From Orbicella franksi (Eukaryota), in the NCBI GenBank assembly GCA_964199315.1, contig OZ116701.1:13206001-13270000 (forward strand): DNA of 64,000 bases, given 5' to 3'. This document shows positions 12,585-25,456 of this stretch, one piece after another (positions within the stretch are counted from its first letter, which is position 1; the number at the start of each line of letters is the position of its first letter). A program made the translations under genes and the position numbers. The notes beneath the pieces are model-generated. The model was given only the letters and a program-made list of their open reading frames with translations. It made no database searches and had not been told where the DNA came from.

Positions 12585-12799
12585 CATTTACATTCCTATT
12601 TTGCAGTCATTCTGAGTTATTTCGAGGGCTCCGCTGGTAAAGGAAAGAAACGAGATCTGCCAAATCTGAGATCTGCTGTGAAAGAGACTTGGCGCAGACA
12701 AACAAAGCAGCTGTATAAAGGGTAGGCATAATGTTCTGTTTATATGCGCTAGTCGTCTGCATCGGTGGTCAACTTTTCTCTCTTGATGCTAAAGTAATC

Positions 12800-12838
<39 letters not shown>

Positions 12839-13645
12839 GTGAAAGTAAAGTAAAGTGATCTCATTGTACCATACACTCATCGTTTCGTTCATAGCATTTT
12901 TGGGTTACTATAAATCTGCAAATTTGCTTAATCGAAAATTTCCCGAAAGTTGCCGGAAGACGAAAGACAATGGTTTGCCCTCTTTTTCAGTCTTATTGGG
13001 TACATTAAATGTCTTAATCGTGGTTCAGTACTAGCATAACGAGTTAATGTTTGTCCTCTAGAAAACAAGGGACTATCGCGCGTTGCTCACCGGAAATGGC
13101 CTTCGGGTGAATTAATTCCAAACTGTTCGCTGTCTCTTTGAGAGAAATGCTTTTGGTGAACTCATTCCACACTATTCGCTGTCTCTTTGAGAGAAATGCT
13201 TTTATTTTGAGACCCTAAACTTATTAATGTATCGGCGATTCAAGATTGCCGGGAGTTAATTTACATTTGCAGTCATTCTGAGTCATTTCAAAGGCTGGAG
13301 AGAAAAAAGAAAAGAGACTAAGGGAAGACATCAGCCCGATCTAAGTTCCGCTGAGAAAAGGACTTACCAAAGGGACAAAGCAGCTGGATAAAGGGTAGGC
13401 ATATTTGTTTATATGCCTTAGCTCGGACTGCATTGTTGGACATACAACTATCCTCTCTGATGCTAAGATAAAGGGACCATTGTATCATACAATAAACGCC
13501 TCGCTCATAGCACTTTTGTTTTGCTTTAAATCAGTGCAACTTTGCAAATTTGCCGGACGGCGAGGGTCAATTGTTTGCCCCCTTTTTCAGTCTTATTGGG
13601 TACATTGAATGCAAGGGACTATCGCGCGTTGCTCTCCGGAAATTG
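12585..13645 (+). repeat. Diverged local tandem duplication (12585-13100 and 13255-13645) with an (AAGT)n microsatellite at 12800-12855
   Basis: Shared blocks ttgcagtcattctgag, ataaagggtaggcata, ttttcagtcttattgggtacatt and caagggactatcgcgcgttgct. Confidence 0.75.
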
Positions 13646-14243
13646 TAGTTGAATCATGCAATGTATTTTATTGGCATAATTGTTAAAATTGTCTATGTTA
13701 TTATAATCTTTGACAGTTAAAAGAACTCAAGATTTTACCTTCTTAAACTTTCTTTCAGTTTGTAGTTGAAAAGGAAACAACTTTCGTCTTTCTGTGCGGC
13801 TTGACATGTTACTGCTCGGTGGTTGACACACTCTCATTGGTTTATCGCACTCTGCGGACGTTGACTTGTTTAAAAAAATTATCTTTTTGTGGACAACTCC
13901 TTAAAACTCTTCAAGAATTTTTTTTCGTAAAATCGGCCCTTACAGGTCTACAGGAACCTTAATTCCTTAATAAGGTAAGCTTTTGCTTTTATCATAAGTC
14001 TTTCCAATCTAGTCGAGAATCACCTCGGTCGTCAAAACTTTCCTTTTGTATTGAATTGTACTTTATTATCCAACTGTAGCGAATACCGTCCAAATAACGG
14101 TACAAATATACAGCGATATTGTACAGTTATTTGTACAGTAGCAAACCTGTTTGCCGGACAGGTCGGCGCGCGCACGCAAAACTGTCACACTCTACCTCTT
14201 CCACCAATAAATTTATTGACTACAGCAATTAGATAATAAATCT

Positions 14244-14383
14244 CTTATTGGATGTTGTGGTGTGTAGTATCGCTTTATCTTTTTACTCGTTGTTTGTATT
14301 TTGACTCGCCCTACGGGCTCGTCAAAATACGCCACAACTCGTAAAAATGTACAGCGATACTACACACCAAAACATCTAATAAG
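14244..14383. mobile_element. ~140-bp palindromic (hairpin) non-autonomous element
   Basis: cttattggatgttgtggtgtgtagtatcgct ... agcgatactacacaccaaaacatctaataag, with an inner ttttgac...gtcaaaa stem. Confidence 0.7.
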
Positions 14384-14542
14384 ATATAGGTCTTTTTTAT
14401 TTGTGTTTGTGACGGTCATTTTAACCACATCTGAACAGCATGTGTCCACCAGTTTCTTTGTCTGCTCTGAACATATTTACATAAATATTAATGAATATTA
14501 TCACTACTATAAAATGTTTTGCCGATAAAGCCAAAACAATAC

Positions 14543-14632
14543 AGTTTCATTTCTGCTGAAACGAAGCAAAAATGTCAAAGGGGTACCCTCATCCAGACTT
14601 TCAGTTTCCTCTATTGTTCTAATACACCCAAT
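14543..14632 (+). promoter_or_regulatory. Proximal promoter of IFI27-like gene 2: two ISRE/IRF-E motifs plus CCAAT box
   Basis: AGTTTCATTTC (14543-14553), ACTTTCAGTTTCC (14597-14609, TTTCnnTTTC) and CCAAT (14628-14632), upstream of ATG 14730. Confidence 0.6.
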
Positions 14633-14729
14633 CAAAGCTCGCCACGTTCCAATTACATAACAGAAACGTAGTCCCTCGCAATCGGTGAACTGAGAGAAAT
14701 AATTAGCAAGCAAAGCGAAAACCCTCAAG

Positions 14730-16400
14730 ATGAACTGCATATTTATTTTTTGTATTGTTTTGCTTTTCGCCTCGCAGGCCTGTGCAAATGGTAAGTGGAA
14801 TAAGTAACGTAACGTCAATTGCCGGTGAGTTTTCTATTGTCGAAATTTCAACTGTTAACTGAAGTGTTTTAGTGCCGGACAGCTGGGGTTGAAAAGCGGT
14901 GTATGACATTTGCAGACTGCAGACTGTAGACAAGGCCGCAGACTGTGGAGTTTTCAGCTAACATGGTACATTCAATTTCCATTACCAAGTACTAACCGTA
15001 AACAGGCTAACCTGTGTGCTATTAAGGCTAACCTAAGTCATATTCGGGGTAACTGGGGCGCTATTTATGCCTAAATGTAGTCCGTAGTCTATAATCTTGA
15101 GTCAGCAAATCTCATACATCTGTTGAAAAGTAATATTCCACGATGGCTTTCAACTCATTGCAGTAAAGATATTTTCGTGGACATTTAGAAGATTACATTT
15201 CATGGAAGATAGTCCACGACAATTTCGTAAACATCGATGATCATGATCAGTGCCCTGAATATAATGTCCAGCAATATATGAACTATATGCCTTCTCTGGA
15301 TCGTAGCAGTGAAAGAGAGATTTTAACAACACCATTGCGAATCACGCTTCGAGTTATTGAGACAGTTTCGGAGATCCCCTGAGCTTCAGGCATTCATCTT
15401 TTCTTTTACTTAAAGAATTTCCTGCTCGATAAGTTTCCTTGGTTTTTATGGTCGACCTTTTAGTACGTCTATTCCTGCTGCCAAACTTTTTGTAAAGTAT
15501 GCTTTTCAAATTCACCAGTGCTTGTTTGAAATGCGGCGAAATAATTTAGCTTTCATGGCAGAGCGTGAAATATAAGGTATTGCATCGTAGATTTCACTCA
15601 GAGCTTTGCGAAGACGAGTGGAACGTTTTGATAAAGCGTGATTTTCATTTTGTGGTTTGAGAAAAGCATTGATTTTTCGTAGAAAATGGTCTAAAAATAG
15701 ATCCTGACAATCTTGTGCCCAGTCCCCAGCATTCAACGACGAGTGGCTGACAAATTTCGGCTCAAAAGTACGTTACAAATAATTGGACCCTTATTTCATA
15801 TGTTGGTCAAGAAATGGATTATAATAAGTTTGATTTTAGTTCATGAGCAATAGCTACTGTAAAAGAGCAAAATCACTCTTTCTCCTCAAATGCTGGAGCC
15901 TCCAAAGTTATCAAATGATCTTATCAATGTGTCACTCTTAGTGACACATTGGTAAGATCACCTGGCTGTCACGTGAAAAAATTTCGTTAAAATAACTTGA
16001 CCTTAAAATAGTGTGTAATGTCTTTACAACGTTTCTTTTTTCAGACGAGAGTACAAATGGCGAAGAAAATGATGTATGCGTTAGCTGCTGTAGTTGGATG
16101 CACTGTAACCGTAGCTGCGTCTCGATTTGGACTAGCCTGCGTAGGCGCCTGGATAGGGTTCACAGCTGCGGAAGAAGCTGCAAACCCAATCGCTATTTTG
16201 GTCCAATGTGTGGTAGATGGAGGCGCTATGACCGCTACAATTATATTTGCAGTGCTACAAAACATTGTATACGTGGCTGGTGGATCAAGCACGAGGGCGG
16301 GCTTGGTTGTTTTCATAACTGTTGCCGGATTCGCCTTATGGTTAATGTACCCCAGAGAGTAGCTTATGGAGTTATCACTTCCTTAGCAATGCATATGTGA
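14730..16400 (+). CDS. IFI27: IFI27-like paralog 2, join(14730..14790,16045..16400). The signal-peptide exon splices into a Cys-rich alternative frame; the ISG12-like frame survives as 16057..16362 from an internal ATG
   Basis: Exon 1 MNCIFIFCIVLLFASQACAN (phase 1, g|gtaagt) and the exon 2 start DEST are homologous to gene 1, and so is the intron. The ISG12-like YALAAVVGCTVTVAA...GFTAAEEAANPIA...VLQ lies in a different frame from DEST. Confidence 0.65.
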
Positions 16401-17699
16401 TGCCAGCCAGTTGGCGTATAACCTGTTAGAACTCTAAAAAGAAAGATTCCGTTCAATTTGCATATAATGTTAGGCTTAATTTTGAAAACAGATCAGACGA
16501 CTCCAGCGTAGCCTATCGGTCGGTAACTTTGTACACATGTATCTTAGGGACCAGCAAGGGTCTATTTGTTTGTTGTTATCCAGTGGAACTCTATGAAGTA
16601 ATGAACACCAATCATCCAATAAATTTCGACCTTTTTCATGGAAATGATCATTAGCCGTGTATTTTCTCTTTTCGAGTGCCGTCTAATAAGCTGTTCACTG
16701 ACCTTACTTGCTCGAGCCTTGCTGGGGAATGTTGGCACTCGGTCGCCTCTGTACGGACATCGCTTCACTCTGTCCGTATTGCCACGACCTCTGGCCAATG
16801 TTCCCCAGTAAGGCCCCCGCGCTTGGTTAGTAGGTAGTCAATATTGCTTGTAGTCTTTGGGAAACTCCAGGTGATGTCGAATATGCATGGTCCGCAGAAA
16901 CTCATGAAAATAGCCGATCAAGAGGATAACGCCAATCTCTTTTCCTCCTGACCCATTCCGCTCGATGAGGGTAACGCGAACTTTAGGTTATTCTAGCTTC
17001 TTACAACACAGCAACTGTTGAACCCCAGTAATCTGCGACTGCACATCCGTCCTATTCAGAAATATTGAAGTAGGGATCTAACACTTGCTATACCTTGCTA
17101 ATAGCATATTGACAAACATTGACGCGCAGTGCCCAATGTCAATGCGTAGGGAAAAGTGATTAACTTGCCTAGAAATGCTTGATATATTGATGCATATACA
17201 AAAGTCTGAAATCGCTGCTGAGAGGTTGGATAAAGATTGTGGTGTGGTCGAGTTGTCACGCTTAAAAGGAGCGACGCCGATGACGGTATACCGCCAACGC
17301 GTTTCTTTGAAAAACCAGACAGACAGACAGACAAACAGGCAGCAGACAGATAGAAAAAAAATGCAGGCAAACAATAGACGGACCGCCTGTTCTCCCCCTC
17401 CCCTCCACTACCCCTCACACTAGCTCACAGCACCAAGCTGTCTGTCTGGCTGGCTGGCTGCCTACTATGGGTCAGTACTACGTCCCAGGGTCGTCTCTTG
17501 AGGTGACGGTGAAATTAATCGATTTGCTTTTTAAGGAATTAGATTACATAGATCCATACTTTACAAGAACTAACAGTAAATGGAACCTGATGGGGAAACC
17601 GCCAGATGTCATTCAAACGATAGAATGACAGAAAGCGCAGCCAACACCTGTAGCAATTGAAGGATAAGCAGGAAGATTTCACAATCACGTGAGGAATCG

Positions 17700-17995
17700 T
17701 TACCAAGATGAAGTCTACACAAACCTCACCAAACGATGCAATTTATGTACGACAGAGAAACACTTTGTGGTAACTAAACCATACTTGGGAACATGGAATG
17801 TATAATCTTCTGGTGTGTCCACGTTATAACAGGGAAACTGAGGAGGCGTGCTTTTCAAGTTCGTGGGTTTAATCTTTGGAATGCGATTCCACTCGAAGTA
17901 CGTAAGAAAGACACCGTTAACGCCTTTAAAACTGCTAATAAAAAATATTTTTTAGCCTGGCTCTCATTACATTCCTCTCAATTTTCTTAAGTTTT
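17700..17995 (+). mobile_element. Retroelement remnants: Penelope-type C-terminal patch followed by a CR1/L2 LINE 3' end
   Basis: TKRCNLCTTEKHFV at about 17728-17770, then RRAFQVRGFNLWNAIPLEVRKKDTVNAFK, typical of the CR1/L2 RT C-terminus. Confidence 0.6.
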
Positions 17996-18386
17996 TGTAA
18001 AACGATGCTCTATTAGGCAGGCATGGTGAATTTATTTGTAAGCCTGTTTGTTTATTATATGACGGGAACGTTTACTACACTGTGATTGGTGGAGAGCACT
18101 TTTATTTTCCACTATGGTGCAAATTAATGCAGGCTTGCTCGTAATTTTATCTAACATATAATAAATAAGTAATCGCATGAAACCTCGGGAAATTCAGGAT
18201 TTACACTACTCGTGATTTTAAAACTACTCTTATTGTAGTAAGGCATGATATTTGTTGTCACTGACCAAAAGGGGCTGATTTGGACGTTTCCGTTAAAAAC
18301 ACTATAACCTTCTTCAGCATAAAAATTATGCGTTAAAAACGGCATCAAGATGTAACTGAGGCCTTTTAAAATGAGTGAGATTCCCC

Positions 18387-19105
18387 CTAGGGATTGGCTA
18401 AAATAGTTTGGATGACTAGAATCTGGATGTGCTCATTAAAAGAATTCTGGTCACACATAGAATGAAACGCTTCTAGAAACAATCTTCGCGACCACTGCGA
18501 ACAGCGGTCCACTATCTGTACATCATCGACATCAAATTCGTGGCTGTTTTGTGCGCAATTTTGTGCCAACAAAGAGATCTTATCACCCGTAATGACGGCT
18601 TTTTTGTGTTCTTCTGTTCTTGTTTTTAAAGCGCGCGAGGTTTGTCCAATGTACACGTTTTCGCAATCTTTGCATTTGATTTTGTAAACAACTCCAGTGC
18701 ATAGATCTTCGCTAAATTTGTCTTTAGGTCATTTTAAGATTGAACCAACGGTTTTTACGGGCTTATGAGCCACATTGACATGAAACTGACTCACGGTTTT
18801 TGCGATTTTCTCCGAAATTCCTTGTATGTACGGTAAAATGACGAAATCCCTACGTTCTTCAGGCTGGCTGGCAGGTATTGTGGTGTTTTGACTCGTTGTC
18901 ATTTTGTCGAGAAAGGCAGTAGATCCGTCGTTCTCCTCTTCCACGGTGAACTTAACGTTCCGTTGATAGAGTTGAGATGGTTATGGAACTCTCTGAGGTG
19001 CGCTCTGGAGAGGCAGACGTGGCTGTCGTCATCGACATACCTGTACCACCACTTAGGAGGATGGGGTGCGGTGTTCAGCGCCTTTTCTTCGATGTAGGAT
19101 TGCAC
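18387..19105 (-). mobile_element. Penelope-like element fragment (RT C-terminus plus GIY-YIG endonuclease), frameshifted
   Basis: PKWWYRYVDD; FVILPYIQGISEKIAK..VAHKP; YIGQTSRALKTRTEEH...RRLFLEAFH. Confidence 0.9.
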
Positions 19106-19371
19106 TCACTGGTGAACACTCATAGGGCAGCCAAATAATTGCTTGTAGAATGCAAGTAAATGTAAGGAAGAGACTTTATTTTATGAGGGTGACAACTAAC
19201 ATTACGGATGAACTTGTGGCCCTCTAAAAAATACAAAGTACAAATAATAAAAACTACATTAGCGATAGATGTTATTTACAATAGAAATAAAAATAAAAAT
19301 ATTCTAGAATTTGATAACTGAACAAATCGATTTAAAACGAAGAACATGCAAACATCTATATATTGTCATTA

Positions 19372-19565
19372 ATTTATGTCAAACGATGCCTTTGTCTTCT
19401 CAGAATTTAGCACTATTTTCCATAATTCAGCCTTGAAGGATTTCAAAGACTTCATTGTCATTAGTGATCGAGGCAAATTGTTCCAATCCTTTACAGTTCT
19501 TACGGCAAAGGTGCGTCCTCCTCCGAGATGTTTCTGTGAAGGGGGCACAATAAATTTACATTACA
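19372..19565 (-). mobile_element. CR1/L2 LINE 3' fragment
   Basis: Minus strand reads GGRTFAVRTVKDWNNLPRSLMTMKSLKSFKAELW. Confidence 0.75.
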
Positions 19566-20608
19566 GTTTCTCGTGATTCTTGAGTGAGCATCCGAGTTTT
19601 TTCTTAAGGACGCGTTTAAATAGCCGGGTAGAGTACCGTTTATCCGTTTATCCGTTTATAGGCCAGTTCACATCGCTTTATTAGACGTAGAGGTTTCGTC
19701 ACTTTACCGTTATGAAAACTAAACGATTTGGAATTAGTCTTAAAGACTCCTAAATAATTAATAGATTTGATCACAATTTCCTGGCAGTACTCAATAGCCT
19801 GCCAAAGTGTAGCTTTGTCAAGTGTAAGTTCGATTTCTAAATGTGATTGTACTTTTAATTTCACATGAAAGCATGAGTTTATCAAGAACAAAATTGTTGC
19901 GATGAAAAAAAATTGGGCAGCAAAGGTTTACTCAGCTAAAACTCACGTTTCCTTCGCAGAGGTCTCGTATTCCGTGAAACATTGTTTCTACAGCTGTTTG
20001 TTAGAATTGACAGTCTACTTCAACAGCTGTCTTTAAGTCTCAATTTCTCAAGGCTGTTTTCCTATGTAAAAAGTTGTTTAGAATGCATTTACATAAGAAC
20101 CTCGAGGAAAAGTTGTGGAAACCAAACTTTTAGAAGTGACGAGGTCACGAGTTTGATATAATGACTTTAGTTAGCGTGATCTCGATTGATTTCATTGCGT
20201 TTGAAAATTCGCATCTTAATAATGACCCAAATCCTGCCTCGTTTTCGTGTTAGAGCACCAGAGAAATTCGACTGCTATATCCCTTGAAACGCCACTGGTA
20301 AATATTTACAAAGTCAACACTACATTCTTACATGTCCATAAGCCTGTTAGGTTAACAATATCTCATTTGCTAGTGAAGATTATTGTATCGCCAATATCTC
20401 GAAGCTCGCAGTCTCTTGCTGATAACCTAAAAATTCAATCAGGACAAAGGAAAGATTTTGAGGTAACGCTTAATGTTCTGTTGTCCTTTTTTCCTGTTTC
20501 CCATATCGCTTTGCCATAATTAGCTCAGTAATACTTATTTTTTTCCCACCCAAAGAAGCAGGTGCAGAGATATCTTTGCCTTTCAAACACATACAGTTTT
20601 GATTATAT

Positions 20609-20902
20609 GAGAGGCGTGGTGGCTTCATGGTTAGTGCACTTGTCTCCGGATGAGCGGTCCGGGTTCGAGCCCTGACCGGGGACATTGTGTTGTGTTCTTG
20701 AGTAAAACACTTTACTCTCACAGTGCCTCTCTCCAACCAGGTGTATAAATGAGTACCGGCGAACTTAACGCTGGGGTTAACCCTGCGATGGACTAGCATC
20801 CCTTCCAGGGGAGAGTAGAAATAGTCCTAGTCGCTTCATCCTTCAGCAAAACCGGGATAAGCTTCGGCCTGATGGGCAACTTGGCTCGTAAGCAGACTTG
20901 AC
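20609..20902 (+). mobile_element. tRNA-derived SINE, family 1 (same insertion as 7648 and 41852, copied by segmental duplication)
   Basis: A and B boxes and CORE-like centre, with identical flanks. Confidence 0.9.
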
Positions 20903-22494
20903 ACTAAAATTTATCATCCCTTACTAGTAACTCGGCCGGAGTTTGCTCTGACAGTAAGGTTTAGTCTTCACATAGTGGCGCTTTTGTGAGTGTCACTTTC
21001 TTCACCCACGTCTTCAAGTTACTTTTATTCAGACATATACAGTCTTTCGAAAAATACGACGCATGGTCGACTAAGACCTTACTTCGAATGACAAGCAAAC
21101 TTATATCTATCTGTTTTAATCGTATCATTCGATTTCGGTGTATGGTAAGCATCAGTTCAATCGTGATTTACTTGTCGAAGGCTTCAATTTTTTTTCTGCG
21201 AATTTTCACCGCAAATTAAAACATCTTGGAATGGAATCTTTTTCAGTGTGAGTTATTTCCAATTCCTTCCCAAACCAAATGGAATCAAATTCTCAGTGAA
21301 TAAGATTTTTTGTTTCCCCAAGTCGTGACAACACAAATCGGGGAAATTGATGATATTTCACTTCTTGTGCTCAGAATACAATACATAATTAAAAACTACA
21401 CTTTTAAAATATGTATGGTGATTCTATTATTACTGTCAGTCAGAAAAGCTGTAAGTTCTACGAATACCAGTGTCGCTGCCGACATTTCTCGTGTTGATAA
21501 ATTTGCCCAGTGACGAAGAACGGGAAGCAACATTTTTTTAAGATGATGTTGTCATTTCAAACCATCCTCCCCCAACAAATAGAGCAACAATGGCAGATTC
21601 TTTTTCAAATTCCTGGCTGGAGGGTCTTTCAGAATGCTTTTAGCAAAGTCGAAATTTTTAACGCAAAAAAAAAGTTGTAATGCGATGAATAAATTTTGGA
21701 TTTAATTGAGTGATTTTCCCGCTCTGTGGCAGGTCATGCTGCTTTCGGTGACGTCAGTTTTCGCCTCCCTCATTCTGGTTAGCTCATTGGAACAGGCAAG
21801 TACAATATCTCTGTCGTCCTTCCACTGTCTGAAACTCAACTGTCCTGCATACGAACGAGGAGTCGTGATTACGTTAATTACAAACTGCCACACCTCTATC
21901 AGACTTTTTCTCTAAAGGAGTATGGAGTATACGTTTTATGAGCTGGATATTTATGTATTTTCATGGAAACAGCTAATTAACTCACACCTCAACAATAACA
22001 ACTTTATTATGACTCGCATATTTACAACTTTACAGAAATATATACACATTAAGTTAAAAAAGCTTGACAATAGCAACAGCGCGAACCCGCCAGTAGCCTG
22101 GGCTAATCTAGGCGGACCACATCTATATTTATATTAGACCATTAATACATAAATAAGATTGTTATGCAACCTCCTGTTTACAGCAATCGAGTTCTTCCAC
22201 AATTCAACCACCTAATTGAGCTTTAAGATGTTCCTTGTATGAACTCGTTCATCAGTTTTAATTCATACTTTCAATAGTCTACTAGTGAAACAAAAAAGAA
22301 TTACACTATGGCTAATATAATACTACAGTAATTACACTTTAACAATACTGTGATCATGCAAACCAATATCAGATGCACTTTTGTCTCACAAATTCTTAGA
22401 TGTGAAAACAAAGAACAGAAACAAAAAAAAAACTTACAGGAAAATTATATCAAAAACCGGTTAGGAAATAATCACTTTATATACTGAAACATAG

Positions 22495-24923
22495 GTAAGC
22501 TCTTTTCTCCTTGAGGATAGTGTCCCATGGGCCGCTGACTCCAACGTAAAACGACAGGGTATGTATTATAATTGAAAAAATGCTATCCTCTCGATAAAAG
22601 CTTTAATTAGAAAAGTTTTGTTGGAATCAAGCGAAACAAAATTAAAAATCTCAAGATCGCCGTTTATCGCACGCGGGTGGAATGATCCTTTAATCGCATG
22701 TACAGTACTATACCGTGTAAGGGAAATTTGTCGAACTGCGTCGAAAAATTACGAAATTGTGCGAATCATTTATAGATCTACAAGTGTACTATATATATTT
22801 CGTGGAAATTTCGCTGAGCTAGACGGAAACGTTCTGCCAAAGTTCCCAAAGTTACATATTTTCGTTTGTTTGAACCAAACAAAGCTCCTTATAATGCACT
22901 ATACGGGAAGGCACCACAAGAAAGTACCCTAGCTACCTCGGGCTTGAGTTATACGAATGAGTAAGGATTTGGTAAGGATCACGAGTTGAATTGTAGAGAG
23001 GGTGGGTAAAACTGTCAAAAAAATCTTTCAAAATTCCTCAAACAGACTCACTCAACGACTAATGAATGGAAGTATTTTTAAGCGCCAGTAATTAGAAATT
23101 GAACATGGCCGGACAAAATCTTTAACTGAAAATATCGTCCAAATGGCTCAAGAGAATATGATCTTATCAACGTGATATCTTTGTGGATCTCTCTTTTGCT
23201 TCAGTTAAACATAGGTCATCTATTGGAAAAACCTCAAGAATACATTGGCTTGATCTTAATAACGCGAAAAAATCCGCTCTTGCCGAAAAGAGGTCAAAAG
23301 ATGGAAATCTAGTGCTTCTATGCCTAACCCGTCTAGAATTTTACATAGCTAGCTGGAAAATAGTGTAGAAGTAATTTTAACTTTTTAAAATTTTCATCTC
23401 GTGCTACTTGTTTAGATTCGAACTCATGTGACTGTTGTCCTGGTCCAAGTTCCTGCAAAGAGATTTATGAAAAAGATCAGTAAGTTATGAAGAAAATATT
23501 TAGAAGATACTGCGGTAGAATTCAAATAGGTTTTTAGTGTACCATGTTCCTTATTTTGGGTTAACAAGAAGAAAAAGAGGAAAAAGTATTCTTTGAGACA
23601 CCAAGAATTTTCATTTGTTTTCTTTTTATCGGGATCTACATAAGCTCCTATAGCTGATGCAATACATTGAAAATACCTAAGACCCAGTGAACTTTACATG
23701 CAATAATTACATACACCATGATAAACAAATAAAATACAGTATTCGAATTTAATTTAAAGGCCAACCGAAAACAAAGCATACATGCTGCAGCTTGGCAGTC
23801 AAAAGCTTCCTGTCTACTGTCACATGACTGGAGCTGATCTTGGCGACTGCGGCCATGGAGGATGGACGCTGGTCATGAAGACTGACGGCTCTAAGGTAAT
23901 TTAAACTCCAACGTTTTATAAAGGGCTAAACGCCATCACTGCTGTAGATACAACCGTCCTCAAAGGCATCATGTTAAAGGAACGTCTCAAGACATCATTG
24001 GTTTGGGATAACACGCGAAGTTTTGGCGACACCTGTAATATGGAAAGGGGTCGACGCGAATTCCAAATAATTCAAATTGGGACGTTCATTTTAGAATGTT
24101 AGCCCTTAACAAGTCTGTGACAAAAAAAAATTAAGCCTCTTGTTACAGAAAAAGTAAAGCTTCGAGACCAAACGAAGCTGGACGTTTTAACGCCTACCCA
24201 TTTGTTACACGAAAGTATTTCATAGAATCGAATGAAACCACCTAGACTAGTCAAAACGATTTGTTCAAAAGTGTTTTTAACAGTACTCAGAAATAACCGG
24301 ATCAAAATTAAAGAAGAAAGATAAATGAAACTATCATTAGCGTGCCCTAAAATGCAACACCAAAATCTCACAAGGCATCCTAACCTTTTTAACTTATCTT
24401 GCAGCGGACGTTTCATTACGATTCGCCCTACTGGACCAACAAGAGAGAATATGGCATCCCCGAAGGAGAAACAGGCTTAGACCAGGAAGAAACAAAGCTA
24501 CCAACCTACTGGAACACACCATTTACCAGGATCTGTCTCGGCATGAAGATTGGACACGAGACCAGGTTCATTCTTCTCAACAAGAAGGCTAGCTCGTTGT
24601 ACGCCCTGATTCAAGATGGTAAATACCGCCCCACCTCACTGGTTCGTGACGCATGGAAGTTTTTGATCGGCCCTGAGGCCTCCCTGCAGAGCAACTGCAA
24701 CAGACAAGGTTTCAATGTTATAGCTGGCAACTCCATTAATGGAAAGGCACGAATTGGTTATATTGCTAATCAAGAAAATGATTGCGATTCACCCGACTCC
24801 AGGATTGGGTTTGGCACCGGAGGGAACAACGACGACTCCAACACGTGTGGAAACGAGGCTACGCATCATCCAGACAACGGAGACAAACACATCAAGGCCA
24901 TGGGGTACATCTTGGTCCAGTAA
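22495..24923 (+). CDS. USOMP5: USOMP5-like (fibrinogen-like/FReD-type) protein copy 1, join(22495..22558,23416..23479,23760..23895,24405..24923); start exon unresolved
   Basis: Phase-compatible exons: VSSFLLED...NVKRQ | [18 protein letters not shown] | ...VYCHMT...[13 protein letters not shown] | RTFHYDS...[18 protein letters not shown]...[13 protein letters not shown] possible upstream exon lies at 20351-20462. Confidence 0.85.
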
Positions 24924-25403
24924 AAAGAACTGACGGAAATTATAAGGTTATAAATTAAGGGCGTAAAATCAAGCGGGTGGAGTGATTTGCTGTTAAAATT
25001 AAAACTTTCACAGACGTGTCATAATTCACTGCTGGGGTGAATGAAATGTTGCTATCAAATAAGAAATATAATGATCAAATACTATTTCCTTGTAAGGAAT
25101 TGTATTCCTGGGCTATGTACGAGCTCTTTGCAAGACCCTCGTCGTGTTCCTGGCTTTGAATGTCAGTAAACCTTCTCTCTCTCGACAGCAACACATCTAT
25201 GATAAAGTATAGTCGTAACTCTTGGCAAAAACAAACGCTTTTAGAGGAAAACCTTATTGAAGCAGTCATCTGTTCCTGAACACCGGTTGTCAGATTGCTA
25301 AATCCTCCACGAAACAAAATACGCTACCGTTTTAGTTTGCTCATCTGTCACGAGTATATTGACATGTTTATAACGTTTATCTATCTGCTTATCTGCCTAT
25401 CTT

Positions 25404-25434
<31 letters not shown>

Positions 25435-25456
25435 TTCTGTCTGTCTGTCTGTCTGT
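25404..25456. repeat. (CTGT)n microsatellite
   Basis: Read directly. Confidence 0.95.

Noticed and set aside
14730-16400. Identical spliced length (417 nt) of gene 1 and the frameshifted gene 2 product
   Set aside because: The exon lengths and stop positions differ, so this is treated as coincidence.
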